The notes beneath the pieces were generated by a model that did no database searches, was not told where the DNA came from, and worked only from the letters and a program-made list of their open reading frames with translations. Shown one piece after another: positions 63,360 to 64,000 of a DNA stretch of 64,000 nucleotides. The first letter of the stretch is position 1; every line of letters starts with the position of its first letter. The DNA comes from Candidatus Atelocyanobacterium thalassae (GTDB lineage: Bacteria; Cyanobacteriota; Cyanobacteriia; Cyanobacteriales; Microcystaceae), in NCBI GenBank assembly GCA_051971635.1, contig JBFPLN010000003.1:96001-160000 (forward strand), written 5' to 3'. The position numbers and the translations under genes are program-made.

Positions 63360-64000
63360 TTATACAGAAGACTTTAATGTTTCTTGTAATTCAATAACAT
63401 TACCTATAACAGCTATTGCTGGAGCTTGAAAATCTTGTTGTTTCACTTCTTCTATGATTAGTCCCAATGTACTAACTAGTTGTTCTTGCTTCAGCAAAGT
63501 TCCCCAACGTATTAAAGCAATTGGTGTTTTAGATATTAAACCTTCTAGTAATAGCTGAGTAACAATATTTGCTAGGTTATGGATTCCCATATAAATAACA
63601 ATAGTTTCTGCGCCATTAGCAATTGCCGACCAGTTAACTCCGGAACGATATTTGCCTACTGCTTCATGTCCAGTTACAAATATTACAGAGGAACTATATC
63701 TTCGATGAGTAACTGGAATTCCTGCATATGCAGGAGCTGCAATCCCTGATGTAATACCAGGAACAATCTCCACTAAAATTCCGGAGTTTATAAGATCCTC
63801 CATTTCCTCCCCTCCTCTGCCAAATACAAATGGATCTCCTCCTTTTAGCCTTACTACTACAGGATGTTTTTGTGCCTGCTCTATTAAGATTTTAGTAGTT
63901 TCTACTTGCAATTTTGAATGATTACCTCTGCGCTTTCCCACATTAATTTTAATAGCATAGTTATTAATCATATTAAGAATCTCAGAACTTATTAAAGCGT
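63360..64000 (-). CDS. cobA: Uroporphyrinogen-III C-methyltransferase, 5'-partial
   Basis: VVRLKGGDPFVFGRGGEE, VPGITS, GIPVTHR, VTGH, IYMG; the frame stays open to the window edge (...ALISSEILNM). Confidence 0.95.
   Translation of the reverse strand, partial: ALISSEILNMINNYAIKINVGKRRGNHSKLQVETTKILIEQAQKHPVVVRLKGGDPFVFGRGGEEMEDLINSGILVEIVPGITSGIAAPAYAGIPVTHRRYSSSVIFVTGHEAVGKYRSGVNWSAIANGAETIVIYMGIHNLANIVTQLLLEGLISKTPIALIRWGTLLKQEQLVSTLGLIIEEVKQQDFQAPAIAVIGNVIELQETLKSSV

Overview
A very AT-rich, compact, almost purely housekeeping segment of a unicellular (Chroococcales-type) cyanobacterial chromosome. It carries the main ATP synthase operon (atp1-a-c-b'-b-delta-alpha-gamma), dnaN, dnaX, gyrB, pcrA, sbcD, mraY, menD, ubiD, ribBA, ribH, cbiD, cobA, pdhC, glyS, pyrH-frr, dnaJ-tusA-rsgA, trxA, hup, cyAbrB2, ndhF4-ndhD4, one tRNA-Ala(TGC) and the sRNA Yfr1. 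I saw no IS elements, phage genes, CRISPR arrays or defence systems. The low GC, near-absence of HIP1, AT-rich empty spacers and missing usual neighbours (psbZ, cupB, ccm genes) suggest a genome-reduced symbiont or organelle such as UCYN-A (Ca. Atelocyanobacterium thalassa, the nitroplast); this is inference, not shown directly. The most interesting observation is an intact ndhF4-ndhD4 CO2-uptake pair with no adjacent cupB. Its NdhF4 has Leu in place of the conserved Arg37, the residue that contributes to the Cup Zn/CO2-hydration site in the NdhF3 paralogue, which suggests an NDH-1 repurposed without Cup. Other points: Yfr1 hidden under a spurious ORF, an uncalled 59-aa gene, a very recent 75-bp tandem duplication in dnaX, and several long perfect palindromes. 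Family assignments come from motif recognition and recall; no database searches were run.
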